Shown: positions 27,101 through 35,554 of the stretch, in pieces
Layout: every line of letters begins with the position of its first letter
How positions within the stretch are numbered: position 1 is the first letter of the stretch
IMG/VR virus record: IMGVR_UViG_3300025270_001268
Location: 1 to 42,748 of that record
Length of the DNA stretch: 42,748 nt
DNA from: a virus
Taxonomy: Duplodnaviria > Caudoviricetes
Direction: 5' to 3' (one strand)
Program-made: the position numbers and the translations under genes
The notes under the pieces: generated by a model
What the model was told of the DNA's origin: nothing
What the model saw: only the letters and a program-made list of their open reading frames with translations
Database searches by the model: none

Positions 27101-30100
27101 CTAAAATAGAGTTCTTAGAGTCTACATCGAAACCTGATTTTCGTAGCATCTCAACTAAATGAGGCCCAACTTGATGGTAGTTGTCCCACCACTTTAATTG
27201 CTCGGCTGTTAATTCATAGTATCTAAAAAGATCTGTTCTGGATGTATTGAGCACAGTCGTTAAATCTTGCATTACCTCTAAGTGATTATATTTTTGACGC
27301 TCACGAATAATACGCTTATCTGTCCACGTCGCAGGATCTGCCTTTTGGAATGCTATAAATCTTTGTTCCATCTCAGCAATTGGACCCCAGACCTGACCAC
27401 TTTCGTGAATATCTACCGGGCCAACGGCTGCATTTTTAGGTGATTTTTTTACACCCTCATACCTAAAGTAATCCATATTTTCTAGGAACCCATTGTCATT
27501 AAGTTGACCTGTTCGGGGGTTAACACCAACACCACCTTTAAGTCGTATTTTTGTACCCCGACCATTACGCCGGTTAGAGCCAAATGCGTCGTGTAGCTGA
27601 TCGAGCATATGTCCAATATTACTGGACACCTCTTGGCCCTCGCCCTTAGAGAAAATATACTTCCATCGAAGCTTAGCTGCTGGTGTTGCAGCAAAAGTCT
27701 GAGGTACAAAGAACCGGGTAAACTTACGAAACTTTGATGGGAACCTATTGAAAAAACTCTCAAAAGTCTTTCGGAAACTATCCCCCGCGAATCGCATTGT
27801 CTGATCCATGCCACGAGGGAGTATTATCGTCTTACCTATAGGATGATAATTTCCTTGTTCATCACGCCACGTAAACTCATCTGTAACTCTTGACCACTCA
27901 TCTTCTGGAAGAGGTGCTGATGTTGGAGTTCCAGGCTCACCAGGGGGTGGTCGCCCATCGCCACCACGTCCACCTGGAGGTGCGTCTGCTGTTAGCGCTC
28001 CCCACCTACCTGAAGCTGTACCACCTTCTTGATTCCACAGGTCTATAATCTCGTCGCTCCATCTATAGTATGTGCTGCTTCCTTCACCTCCCATACGAAT
28101 AAGATAACCGTTATTCTCTAGTCTTTTTCTAGTGTAAGCTGTATTATACTCACCCTTGGGTGCAGTCATAGCTCTCATGCTTCTTGCGCCAGCTTGTCTG
28201 GTAGCATCACCGCCGTAGTTCATAATGGCACTTAATACTGAGGCTGCGGTTAACCCACCTGATTTACCTGACGCTGAACCTCTAATCATATGAGGTGAGA
28301 ATTGACGAGCTGACGAAACTGACCACTGACCCCAGTTCATGAGAGGTATTCTTTGGGGTAATTTATCACCTCTTGCGCGAACAAACTGGTTATCTTTAAC
28401 ATGTACAGAAGCAAGCATTTCAGCTTCTACATGCACTATATCCTCAACCTTATCCCCTACCTTCCAATAGGAGCCGTCTTTCATTATATAACCAGTAATC
28501 ATCCAGTGGTCATTCATACCCGCACGAAAAAATTCATACTTGGATGCACTTAGATTGGGTAGTTCTTTTGTACCTCGTCGTGGACTAATAATATAGCCAA
28601 TACCGCTATTCGCAAGCTCGTCTTTGGCTTCTGCAGACATTTCGTTAAAGATCTTCTTTTCTGCTCTAGCGGCTGCACTTAAACCTTTACCCTTTCCTTT
28701 AAGAGCTTTCTCCGTCATCAGACTAAGACTTTTAAAAATTGGAATAGCAAATAAACTTTCATGTTTCGGTGCGTAGGCTCCACTCCGACCTTGCTTTTTT
28801 GTTGAGATATCTCTTTTAATTAGAGCATCTTCCATCTGCTTAAAGGCTGCATTTAATTTAGATGTTTCTTGATTGTAGTCAATTTTAATTTGTATTGTCT
28901 CTTTTGCATCCGCGCCATGAACTAACTTTTTCGACTCTTCAAGCTTCAACAGATACTGGTCTTTAAGTTGAAGAACAGGCTCGTACCATGATAGGAGCAT
29001 AGCCTGTTGTTCCTCTGCATCTTTACCAATTTTTGAGTAAACATCTTTAGTTGCCTGATCTAGCTTTTTACTTGACTTACCCATCACCTCTTTTGATGTT
29101 TTAATAAGCTGCGCTTCGCCTGCTGCTGTTATCAGTTGTACAGCAAATACGGATAATGCTTCTACCATAGTAAGAGATTCTGTTATTTCGTCTTGAGCAG
29201 CCTTTGCTCCCTGTCCCTTAATCTTACTAATAAATATTGGGGGGCTGTACTCTACATTTCGGTCGATCGCTTTGTCTAGCATTTGCATCCGAAGTTCATT
29301 AAGAGCATTTTGGACTTCTATTCTGACAGGGTCAGTGTAACCTTTCCTGGAGAGTCCTGCTGTTGCTAGGTTAGTAAATACATTTAAACGATTTGGCCCC
29401 TCTGTCGGGCCTCCCAGCAACTCAAGTTTAGTCTTCATTCTTTTCGTCTTCTCGCCCACCTTCCCTTTGCCACCAAGGTAACCTGACTTTGCATCTCTTG
29501 TATGAGTTGCTAACTCTGGGTTTGGTTCGTCAATTAATTGCCAGAACTCAAGTGCTTCATCCGGATCATGTGCGGGCACAACATTAAACCGTTCGTATAA
29601 ATCATCACTTAATTGATTTATAAAGTCATCTTCTAGTAGACTAGCGACCTCACCATTTTCCTTTAAGATAGCTTCACCGGCCTCATCCGTTTGAGTTCCA
29701 AGTCTTCTAAGAAGAGTTAGTGCGTCTATATTTAGAGTGTGATTCATTAATGATATGTATATAGAGGTATTAACTATACTACTATGACCTAATACATCCT
29801 TAGCATTTACAATATTATTTGTGCCCCCTTTTGTATATACTGCATTCGCTTTAGACAGTCTAAGTACATATGTGTAGATACCATTACCAGAATAGAAGTC
29901 AATGAGACCTGGCCCAAAGTCTGCAAAGTCTAAATGATTACCCGCCTCTGCAAACATCTCATTAAGTCTTTTAACAGGAGAAAATGGATCTTTATCTCCC
30001 TTTGCAACTGCCTTGCCAGGTAACTTAAAAGCTGGTTGAAACTTCTCAGTATCCCATTTACTGTAATCTAGCTTAATGTCTCTATAATCTTTTAAGAAGG

Positions 30101-31574
30101 TAAAAGCCTCATCATCTAATAAACGCTGACTTGCTTCTTTGTCACTATGTCTAAGAATAAGCGTCTTTCTTGTCTCAGTACTGTTTATTGTATTTTCAAG
30201 TTCGTCCCACCTAAGAAGAGGAATCTCATTCGGTCTAATACCTGTATGAAATAAAAGCTTTAAAGCCCACTGAGCCATTATACCTTCTTCTCCAAATTCA
30301 GCCCAGTAGTCATTGCTAAATATCATCTGCTGCAGACCTTCACGGTTTGGTGCTTCACGTATAGAAGCTTTAAAGACCTCCTTACCCGTAACTGGGTCTA
30401 TTACTTTACGCCACGGTAGTCCTGATAGTAGATTTAAATCGCTTTCAAAGTCTGTCCCGAAAACATTTAGCATCTTTTGGTATTCTATTGGTATCGAAGC
30501 GTATAAGGATCTTACGTCATCAGTAATATCCAAATCCTTGAGAGCCGCCTCATAACTAACTTTCCAGGCAGCATCTGCCTCCTCTGCGGCAGTATCTCGT
30601 ACACCTTCTGGGCCACCTTCAAAACGTGCACCGTCATCAGGATGACCTTCAGGGCCACGACGTGGTTTATCCTGGACGAGTCGACCAAATTGGTCTCGAT
30701 GCCCCACGAACTCTCCATTTATAACAGCCTTATCAAACTCTTCAGCGACTTTTACAGCAGCAGCTACTTCTCGATCCATGTACTCCGCTTTGTTTATATA
30801 GGCTTTTTTCAGATTTCGTGCCCGCTTCATATACTCAATTGATTCACGAACTGAATGACCTTTACCTGTAAGCCTTGCCATTGTCAAAGGTACTTTACCC
30901 AGTTTAAGTGCTGCACCCAAGGGTATTAAATTAAGTGGGTCAAGAATAATCTCCATAGGTAGGTGAACACCCATAGGTACACCAAAGCCTTTCTCACGAA
31001 CAGCAGGAGTTAAGAACCCTTCTTTCCACCAAGGCTGATTTGGATTTTCTTGCTTCCACTCTCTGACGCCACGCTCAATATCTTGTTCGCCTGGTATAAT
31101 TTTAGCAAAGTTGTAAAGTAACTGTGCGGTAATTTCTTCACCTGGGAAAGATACTGCACTAACGGTCTGAGAGACACCAGGAATACCCATAGCTTTAGAC
31201 AGACCACCCATTAGGCCATTTCTAATAGACTCTCCAAAACTTTTTAGGTGACCACCAAGACTACGCTGCGCATCTGCCTTCTCTTCTGGAGGAGCATTCT
31301 CTACCTCGGCAGCATACTCTAGAAACACTGCCGTAGCGTCTTCAGGAGATAAACCATGGAACGACGGAGGTGGTATTTTAAAGTCATTTCTAGTTGCTAG
31401 ATGCTCAACAAGAAGCTCTAGCTCAACACGAGCATCGATATGCTTCTGTTTTTCATTTGCAAGCACAGGAACAGGTATTGCCCTATAGGCCTTCTGCTGG
31501 GCATCTAAGCCCATTATATCTTTAGACCAGTAGTCAGCTCCTGATTGTCCGGGCACTAATCGATCTTGAGTCAT
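24153..31574 (-). CDS. Giant polyvalent putative ejection/internal virion protein containing a tyrosine-recombinase domain, a wHTH-like segment and an LPD38-like C-terminal region
   Basis: 2473 aa in the virion operon; HTGIRPNE, YVLR and LGHSSIVNTSIY motifs; RLENNGYLIRMGGEGSSTYY; SPITSIGIDIGTGQDFIGDPL. Confidence 0.75.
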   Translation of the reverse strand: MTQDRLVPGQSGADYWSKDIMGLDAQQKAYRAIPVPVLANEKQKHIDARVELELLVEHLATRNDFKIPPPSFHGLSPEDATAVFLEYAAEVENAPPEEKADAQRSLGGHLKSFGESIRNGLMGGLSKAMGIPGVSQTVSAVSFPGEEITAQLLYNFAKIIPGEQDIERGVREWKQENPNQPWWKEGFLTPAVREKGFGVPMGVHLPMEIILDPLNLIPLGAALKLGKVPLTMARLTGKGHSVRESIEYMKRARNLKKAYINKAEYMDREVAAAVKVAEEFDKAVINGEFVGHRDQFGRLVQDKPRRGPEGHPDDGARFEGGPEGVRDTAAEEADAAWKVSYEAALKDLDITDDVRSLYASIPIEYQKMLNVFGTDFESDLNLLSGLPWRKVIDPVTGKEVFKASIREAPNREGLQQMIFSNDYWAEFGEEGIMAQWALKLLFHTGIRPNEIPLLRWDELENTINSTETRKTLILRHSDKEASQRLLDDEAFTFLKDYRDIKLDYSKWDTEKFQPAFKLPGKAVAKGDKDPFSPVKRLNEMFAEAGNHLDFADFGPGLIDFYSGNGIYTYVLRLSKANAVYTKGGTNNIVNAKDVLGHSSIVNTSIYISLMNHTLNIDALTLLRRLGTQTDEAGEAILKENGEVASLLEDDFINQLSDDLYERFNVVPAHDPDEALEFWQLIDEPNPELATHTRDAKSGYLGGKGKVGEKTKRMKTKLELLGGPTEGPNRLNVFTNLATAGLSRKGYTDPVRIEVQNALNELRMQMLDKAIDRNVEYSPPIFISKIKGQGAKAAQDEITESLTMVEALSVFAVQLITAAGEAQLIKTSKEVMGKSSKKLDQATKDVYSKIGKDAEEQQAMLLSWYEPVLQLKDQYLLKLEESKKLVHGADAKETIQIKIDYNQETSKLNAAFKQMEDALIKRDISTKKQGRSGAYAPKHESLFAIPIFKSLSLMTEKALKGKGKGLSAAARAEKKIFNEMSAEAKDELANSGIGYIISPRRGTKELPNLSASKYEFFRAGMNDHWMITGYIMKDGSYWKVGDKVEDIVHVEAEMLASVHVKDNQFVRARGDKLPQRIPLMNWGQWSVSSARQFSPHMIRGSASGKSGGLTAASVLSAIMNYGGDATRQAGARSMRAMTAPKGEYNTAYTRKRLENNGYLIRMGGEGSSTYYRWSDEIIDLWNQEGGTASGRWGALTADAPPGGRGGDGRPPPGEPGTPTSAPLPEDEWSRVTDEFTWRDEQGNYHPIGKTIILPRGMDQTMRFAGDSFRKTFESFFNRFPSKFRKFTRFFVPQTFAATPAAKLRWKYIFSKGEGQEVSSNIGHMLDQLHDAFGSNRRNGRGTKIRLKGGVGVNPRTGQLNDNGFLENMDYFRYEGVKKSPKNAAVGPVDIHESGQVWGPIAEMEQRFIAFQKADPATWTDKRIIRERQKYNHLEVMQDLTTVLNTSRTDLFRYYELTAEQLKWWDNYHQVGPHLVEMLRKSGFDVDSKNSILGKAAGKFRASFVPSLFLEQSSDIRVGFQAGAGKMGMRPSQMKRHDYYWQIANKMDQGQGVGRIKHDLYNTDPILALQRQAESYYDYVATERFMDEFAKLGIKHTETSTAMKMLERIKEYKASGEELSYGNQMSAQKHFGPKWREMSDEKIARKQKEIIEMSTNWKNLELREAVQKGVMKRHPLHGTALPPEASREFAALFSDEFSKSSAFLTVPSALANTMRVLATGADLGVMLLHGIGGIGMMASPNVFMPMGQRFAWAKGSYNMGRAMWSPKVRTEWYTRTQETRREMQKYGIAFFRSTHIEDLPLPGMFTKGRGRPGLKKPGIKQFERSVELAWTVPERMMNGFGFFLDVSKTEMWKVQSKMIKQHFGAVDNLGNPKEPTPKERQKMEDALNDVAASMNAIHGTLQPAAVGIPSKQRNFESAFLLYAALYRRSSIAVMKNLMSTSKWRRGMALESVTGMLAAGAGIAWAIKSAGLNDDVLTPGSADFMSVKVGGMRVGIGTPFYSFIRMGKDITDQMVDDPGGLLEVNFSDNSLLKWFRSGSSPITSIGIDIGTGQDFIGDPLRDTTGGWEVNKIGDRISRSLMPFWIDTIQDSIWGSKDMPPSAGLAEFFGLRTSPQSAYGRLKTARNVAILIDEDPALMKWKQEQESKDLPIDGDTIPKLLLKQLVERHPALQDLEVEISEDVERRGSYIRKRQDEYINHVRLNRKGRGPEFGEPFGLEMKLKGLEEQFANYEITGKQLRERWETLEAENRGANQQLAETYADVIATFNERRLGDMNTVADQFVFDHWYDRYRQEVTGSAALHDIYGNFDSDEFKRRQQVFEDFMVENYGAASWKYIQDMRTQGKLLPPSLQRLSIARNEQLGEFWDLPDTRFSSEGADLIHHWRGARTREAKAHFKARHPQITRLLRILDKVQDRFRKANPTIDALLVEFYDYSALTPAGRLIEAKRTLAAQSRPTRPEAPTTTYDISPSLAGVGS

Positions 31575-34500
31575 TATCGTGTCATCCCTGTAAGACGTGG
31601 TCGGTTCACTCTGCCACCACCAGGAGTGCCGCCACGAATCATAACGGCTGCTTGTTCAAGTGTGAAACCATGAGAACTAGCAAGCTCTGCAAGCATAATT
31701 TTCTGATCGCTTATAGTAGCATTTTCGAACTCCTGTCTAGAAGGAAATGTCCCAGGAGCTACCATGCGCCCAATCTGGTTATTAGGTATAATATCATCTC
31801 CCCAGTCAATATCTAAAGCACTACCTATTTGCTCAAGAATACCGTATCGAGATGCAAATAAATATGTGGAAGGGTCAGATAATGCCATTAAGGTATCCAG
31901 CTTTAATTTTTCCTTTGCAAATGCTGCCGCTTCTTTCCTTGCATTAGTGACTTCTTGGCGTGACGCTTGAGCTTCTGCTAAGTTGCCATCAGCAATAAAC
32001 TGTGCTGTCGCTCGTTCACTTTCACCTAGGCTCAAGTTATTTCTAGTTATTTGCTCAGCATTTGAAGCGAGACGGTCTTGTACATCTGCAGCACGATTGC
32101 CCATATCAATCTCCCAGGCTAATCGTTTTGCAGATAGAGTTTGCGTCCCCTCAATTGCTGGCTCTGTATCCGCTGGCATATCTAGCGCCTGCTGAATTTG
32201 ATTTGCAATAGCAACTCCATTTTGAGACAAATTCATCCGTAACCCTGAGGGTGTATACTTAGGGCCAGTTCCTAGTATAAAAAACTCTCTTAACACTTTT
32301 CGATCTGCAGATGAGTTAGCGGTATCAATAAGTTCTCTCTGTGCTCCTAGATCTTTAAGCACAACTCCTCTAGGAGGGCCAGCCTGGTAGTCTGGAGCTC
32401 TAAATACACCAGTTGCCTCAGCTTCAGCAAGAGCTTTCGTAAGACCAAATTTCTGCGCTTCGAGTGTCTCCATGTGAGCTTCGGGAGGTACACCCGGCTC
32501 ACCTTTCAGCATATTTAGATTAATATACTTACCAAAGACAGTTGAAAAGTCAAGCTCACGTTGGCGGATCTTATCTTCTTCAGTAACAGCAAGTGCTTGA
32601 CCTTCTAGACTTTTAGCAAGGGGCTCTCCACCTGTACCTTTAGTTGGGACAGTCCACTTACCAGGAGTTACTACACCAGTTGATAGTGTTGTTCCACCCT
32701 GCCATACAGGGACTACCCCCGCAGCAGATGCAGCCTCAAAGACACGCTTAGTCTCTTCCATACTAGCAGCTAATGTAATATCGCCTTCAATCTCACCTAG
32801 AGCAACACCAGCTTGCAGCTTTCTGTCTGCCTCGGCACGAGCAGTTACAGCAGCACGGTCAAGTTCATTAACAGTAATTTCAGCCGTTCTCTGTGCCTCA
32901 GCTTGATCACCCTTTTCGTTCATGATCTCAAGCTCGCCAATAACATCAGCAATATTTGACATCAAAGTGTCGTTAGTTAAACCTTCACCCTGCAAAGCAG
33001 TGACAAACTTGTCAAACATGGGGTATTGACCAGCTTTACCTGGTCGAGATACTATACCTGCTTGACTTCCTGGCCTCAACCAAGGCGCATCGGGGTCGTC
33101 TGCATAGGTTCCCGGAGTCTTACCCGAGGCCAGATCATCCGTAGAACCCGTATACAGAGAACCTCCATAATGTGGTTCGTCAGGCTCCTGACCAGTCTCA
33201 ACAACCACTTCCCCGTTTTCATCTAGCCCACCTACAAAGTTACCCTTGTCATCAAACAGCCCAGGCCCAGCATCTAATGGACTATCAGGATCTCCTTCTA
33301 CCCATGTCCAACCGTCTGGAAGTCCACCATTAGCTGCTGTATCTTTAGGTGTAAATGCATTCTTGGGAGATGGTACCCAAGCCTTGGGCGGCTTCTTGTT
33401 TCCTGGAACGGCTAGCCATTGGTATCCGTGTTCTGGTTGCCAACCTGGCTGATATGCATCAGCCCCAGTAAGTTTCTTACCATTTTCATCCCATGGTATA
33501 TAGTAGCTATCTTGCATAGCTCTTTTGAGAAGAGCTATATCATTCTCAGTCATACCATAGGTATTCATATGGTATGATTTTTCATTAAAACCACCTGCTA
33601 TTGGGTATCTAACATTAACTAATATTGCACCCTTAGCAACACCTGTAGCACCAGGCGTTCCTGCTTCAACTACCTCGCCATCTTTTTCCCAGTGACTAAA
33701 CTCAGGTGTTATATCAGGTTGGCCCCAAAGCTTACCTTCCTCTCCTTGCCACTCTACATAATCATCGTAGGAACCTTTATTTGGAAACCAAAGTCCTGGA
33801 TTATCTGGATCCTCGAAAGGCGCGTTCTCTGCTATTTGTGTAGGATTCCAACCTCTTGACCGAGCCAAAGCTTCGTATTTTTCTGGATCGTAAGTCCCAC
33901 CAGCAAAACCATGAAAATCTCCAGTTTGGCCGCCAAATGGCAGACCCGCTAGACGCTCTTTCTCTACGCGCTCTGCCTCCTCTTTCGCTGCCTGGCGAGA
34001 CCGATTCAAGGCCTCTTGTTGTTCTCGTGCTATTCTGTCCGCATCGGACTCGCCAGTAGGCCCAGACGGAAGGATTTGTTCCATCTCTGCTTGCTTTGCA
34101 GCGAAATCCGTGGTACTTACCAGTTTGGGCTGTGTACGTGAAATCTCCCGACCATTGTAATAGGTTCGACCAGTCTTCGGGTCTGAGTACAGACCTTCTT
34201 CCATTGTGCCACCCCAAGCTTCTGGCTCCTGTTGAGCTTGGTAGTCTAATTGTTGCTGTCGCATTTTCGCTTCAACAGCCGCTGCATCGTACGCTACTTC
34301 ACGACCCTGTAAACCGGGCATATTACGACTTGCCATTGCAGCTCTTTGTGCGTCAAATGAACCTGCATCAAAAAGACTCTTCTCACCGTAGTACTTGCCA
34401 CCTACATAGCCACCAGCAGTACTACCTGTCGTCGAACCTAGACCCGCTTGTACTCTAAAAAGGTCAGACTGAGTACCACCTTCCCCGACTCCTGCTATCT

Positions 34501-35152
34501 CTGCTGACTGTGCTTGAGCTTCATCGTATGCAATCTGAGATCCGTCACCAGTTGTCCATAGTTGCTCATCCTCACTCCACGTTCGCTCACCAGTTGCAGT
34601 TTTATGAAACTCTGTATGGGGATTCAGAATTGAGGCCATTTGGTCAGCATCGGCTGGGCCTAGACCATAAAGTTGCAATAATTGAGATATCTGTTGGTGA
34701 CGAGCATCAAGAGGTTCTTCAAGTGGAGGAATGGGAACTGACGCTGCCCCAGGAGATATTGCGCCTCCTTGACCTTGAGGACTTCCAGGAAGAGCACCCG
34801 TAGGAGCTGCTGGCTGAACAGGTTGAGCAGGTTGAGCTGGTTGTGCAGGCTGCATACCTGGCGCACCTTGATCTGATTGTTCCTGCGCACTTTCAAGTAA
34901 ACCGAGAATACCACCTTGCCCCTCAGAGAAGGTGTGTAGTTGAGTCAAGAGGTCTTCTCGGGTTATCTGCCCAGTCGTATACTGGGTAAATAGCTCTTCA
35001 AGCTTACCTGGATCAGGAACACCCGGCGCTGTTGGCCCTGGGCCTGGCCCCATCTTGGGCATAGATGGCATTGGGCCACCAGGATTTACAGTACCTGAGT
35101 CAGGCATGCCTCCTGGTGTCCGGGGATCTGTTCTCATTCCTGGAAGTACCAT
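31574..35152 (-). CDS. Large putative internal virion/ejection protein
   Basis: 1192 aa; Pro/Gly/Gln-rich N-terminus (QPA repeats), helical C-terminus; TAATG coupled to the giant gene. Confidence 0.6.
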   Translation of the reverse strand: MVLPGMRTDPRTPGGMPDSGTVNPGGPMPSMPKMGPGPGPTAPGVPDPGKLEELFTQYTTGQITREDLLTQLHTFSEGQGGILGLLESAQEQSDQGAPGMQPAQPAQPAQPVQPAAPTGALPGSPQGQGGAISPGAASVPIPPLEEPLDARHQQISQLLQLYGLGPADADQMASILNPHTEFHKTATGERTWSEDEQLWTTGDGSQIAYDEAQAQSAEIAGVGEGGTQSDLFRVQAGLGSTTGSTAGGYVGGKYYGEKSLFDAGSFDAQRAAMASRNMPGLQGREVAYDAAAVEAKMRQQQLDYQAQQEPEAWGGTMEEGLYSDPKTGRTYYNGREISRTQPKLVSTTDFAAKQAEMEQILPSGPTGESDADRIAREQQEALNRSRQAAKEEAERVEKERLAGLPFGGQTGDFHGFAGGTYDPEKYEALARSRGWNPTQIAENAPFEDPDNPGLWFPNKGSYDDYVEWQGEEGKLWGQPDITPEFSHWEKDGEVVEAGTPGATGVAKGAILVNVRYPIAGGFNEKSYHMNTYGMTENDIALLKRAMQDSYYIPWDENGKKLTGADAYQPGWQPEHGYQWLAVPGNKKPPKAWVPSPKNAFTPKDTAANGGLPDGWTWVEGDPDSPLDAGPGLFDDKGNFVGGLDENGEVVVETGQEPDEPHYGGSLYTGSTDDLASGKTPGTYADDPDAPWLRPGSQAGIVSRPGKAGQYPMFDKFVTALQGEGLTNDTLMSNIADVIGELEIMNEKGDQAEAQRTAEITVNELDRAAVTARAEADRKLQAGVALGEIEGDITLAASMEETKRVFEAASAAGVVPVWQGGTTLSTGVVTPGKWTVPTKGTGGEPLAKSLEGQALAVTEEDKIRQRELDFSTVFGKYINLNMLKGEPGVPPEAHMETLEAQKFGLTKALAEAEATGVFRAPDYQAGPPRGVVLKDLGAQRELIDTANSSADRKVLREFFILGTGPKYTPSGLRMNLSQNGVAIANQIQQALDMPADTEPAIEGTQTLSAKRLAWEIDMGNRAADVQDRLASNAEQITRNNLSLGESERATAQFIADGNLAEAQASRQEVTNARKEAAAFAKEKLKLDTLMALSDPSTYLFASRYGILEQIGSALDIDWGDDIIPNNQIGRMVAPGTFPSRQEFENATISDQKIMLAELASSHGFTLEQAAVMIRGGTPGGGRVNRPRLTGMTR

Positions 35153-35153
35153 G

Positions 35154-35396
35154 TTACTGCCTCCGTACCTTGGCGTTTGCGAGCATAGTATCTAAGAGTG
35201 CATTATCGGTACTATTGGCAGCCTCTGTATAGGGAAGCAACTTCTCATTACCCCCTTCCACAGCCTTTTGAATCTCACCAGGTGTCATTAGTACCTGATC
35301 TGGGCCAGTAAATAAAATGAGTTTTAGCTTCTTAGTTGCAGCAGTAACCTTCTGAGTCGCTGCCTTTACCGCTAAGCGTGTAACATCCTCTTTCAT
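35154..35396 (-). CDS. Hypothetical protein
   Basis: 80 aa; TAATG coupled. Confidence 0.7.
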   Translation of the reverse strand: MKEDVTRLAVKAATQKVTAATKKLKLILFTGPDQVLMTPGEIQKAVEGGNEKLLPYTEAANSTDNALLDTMLANAKVRRQ

Positions 35397-35488
35397 TAGT
35401 AACCTTTCTTTTTCTTTTTCTTTGCAGCCGCAGCCGCAGCTTTCCCTGCTGGCGTGTATGGATACTTTTTCTTTCCTACTTTAGGCAT
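35396..35488 (-). CDS. 30-aa very basic peptide (MPKVGKKKYPYTPAGKAAAAAAKKKKKKGY)
   Basis: TAATG overlaps on both sides. Confidence 0.7.
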   Translation of the reverse strand: MPKVGKKKYPYTPAGKAAAAAAKKKKKKGY

Positions 35489-35544
35489 TACTTACCCCCG
35501 CTAGAGCCGGGACAAGGTTTAATATGTGGTTTCTTATTTGCCAT
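35488..35544 (-). CDS. 18-aa peptide (MANKKPHIKPCPGSSGGK)
   Basis: AGGAGG RBS; stop overlaps the next start. Confidence 0.5.
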   Translation of the reverse strand: MANKKPHIKPCPGSSGGK

Positions 35545-35554
35545 GATTCCTCCT

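Noticed and set aside
24153-31574. N4- or crAss-like virion RNA polymerase, or DarB-like methylase/helicase
   Set aside because: No DxDxD/DFDGD, T7-type polymerase, SAM-binding or SF2 helicase motifs recognised
34810-34860. Short tandem DNA repeat
   Set aside because: Simply encodes the QPAQPAQPAQPVQPA low-complexity linker
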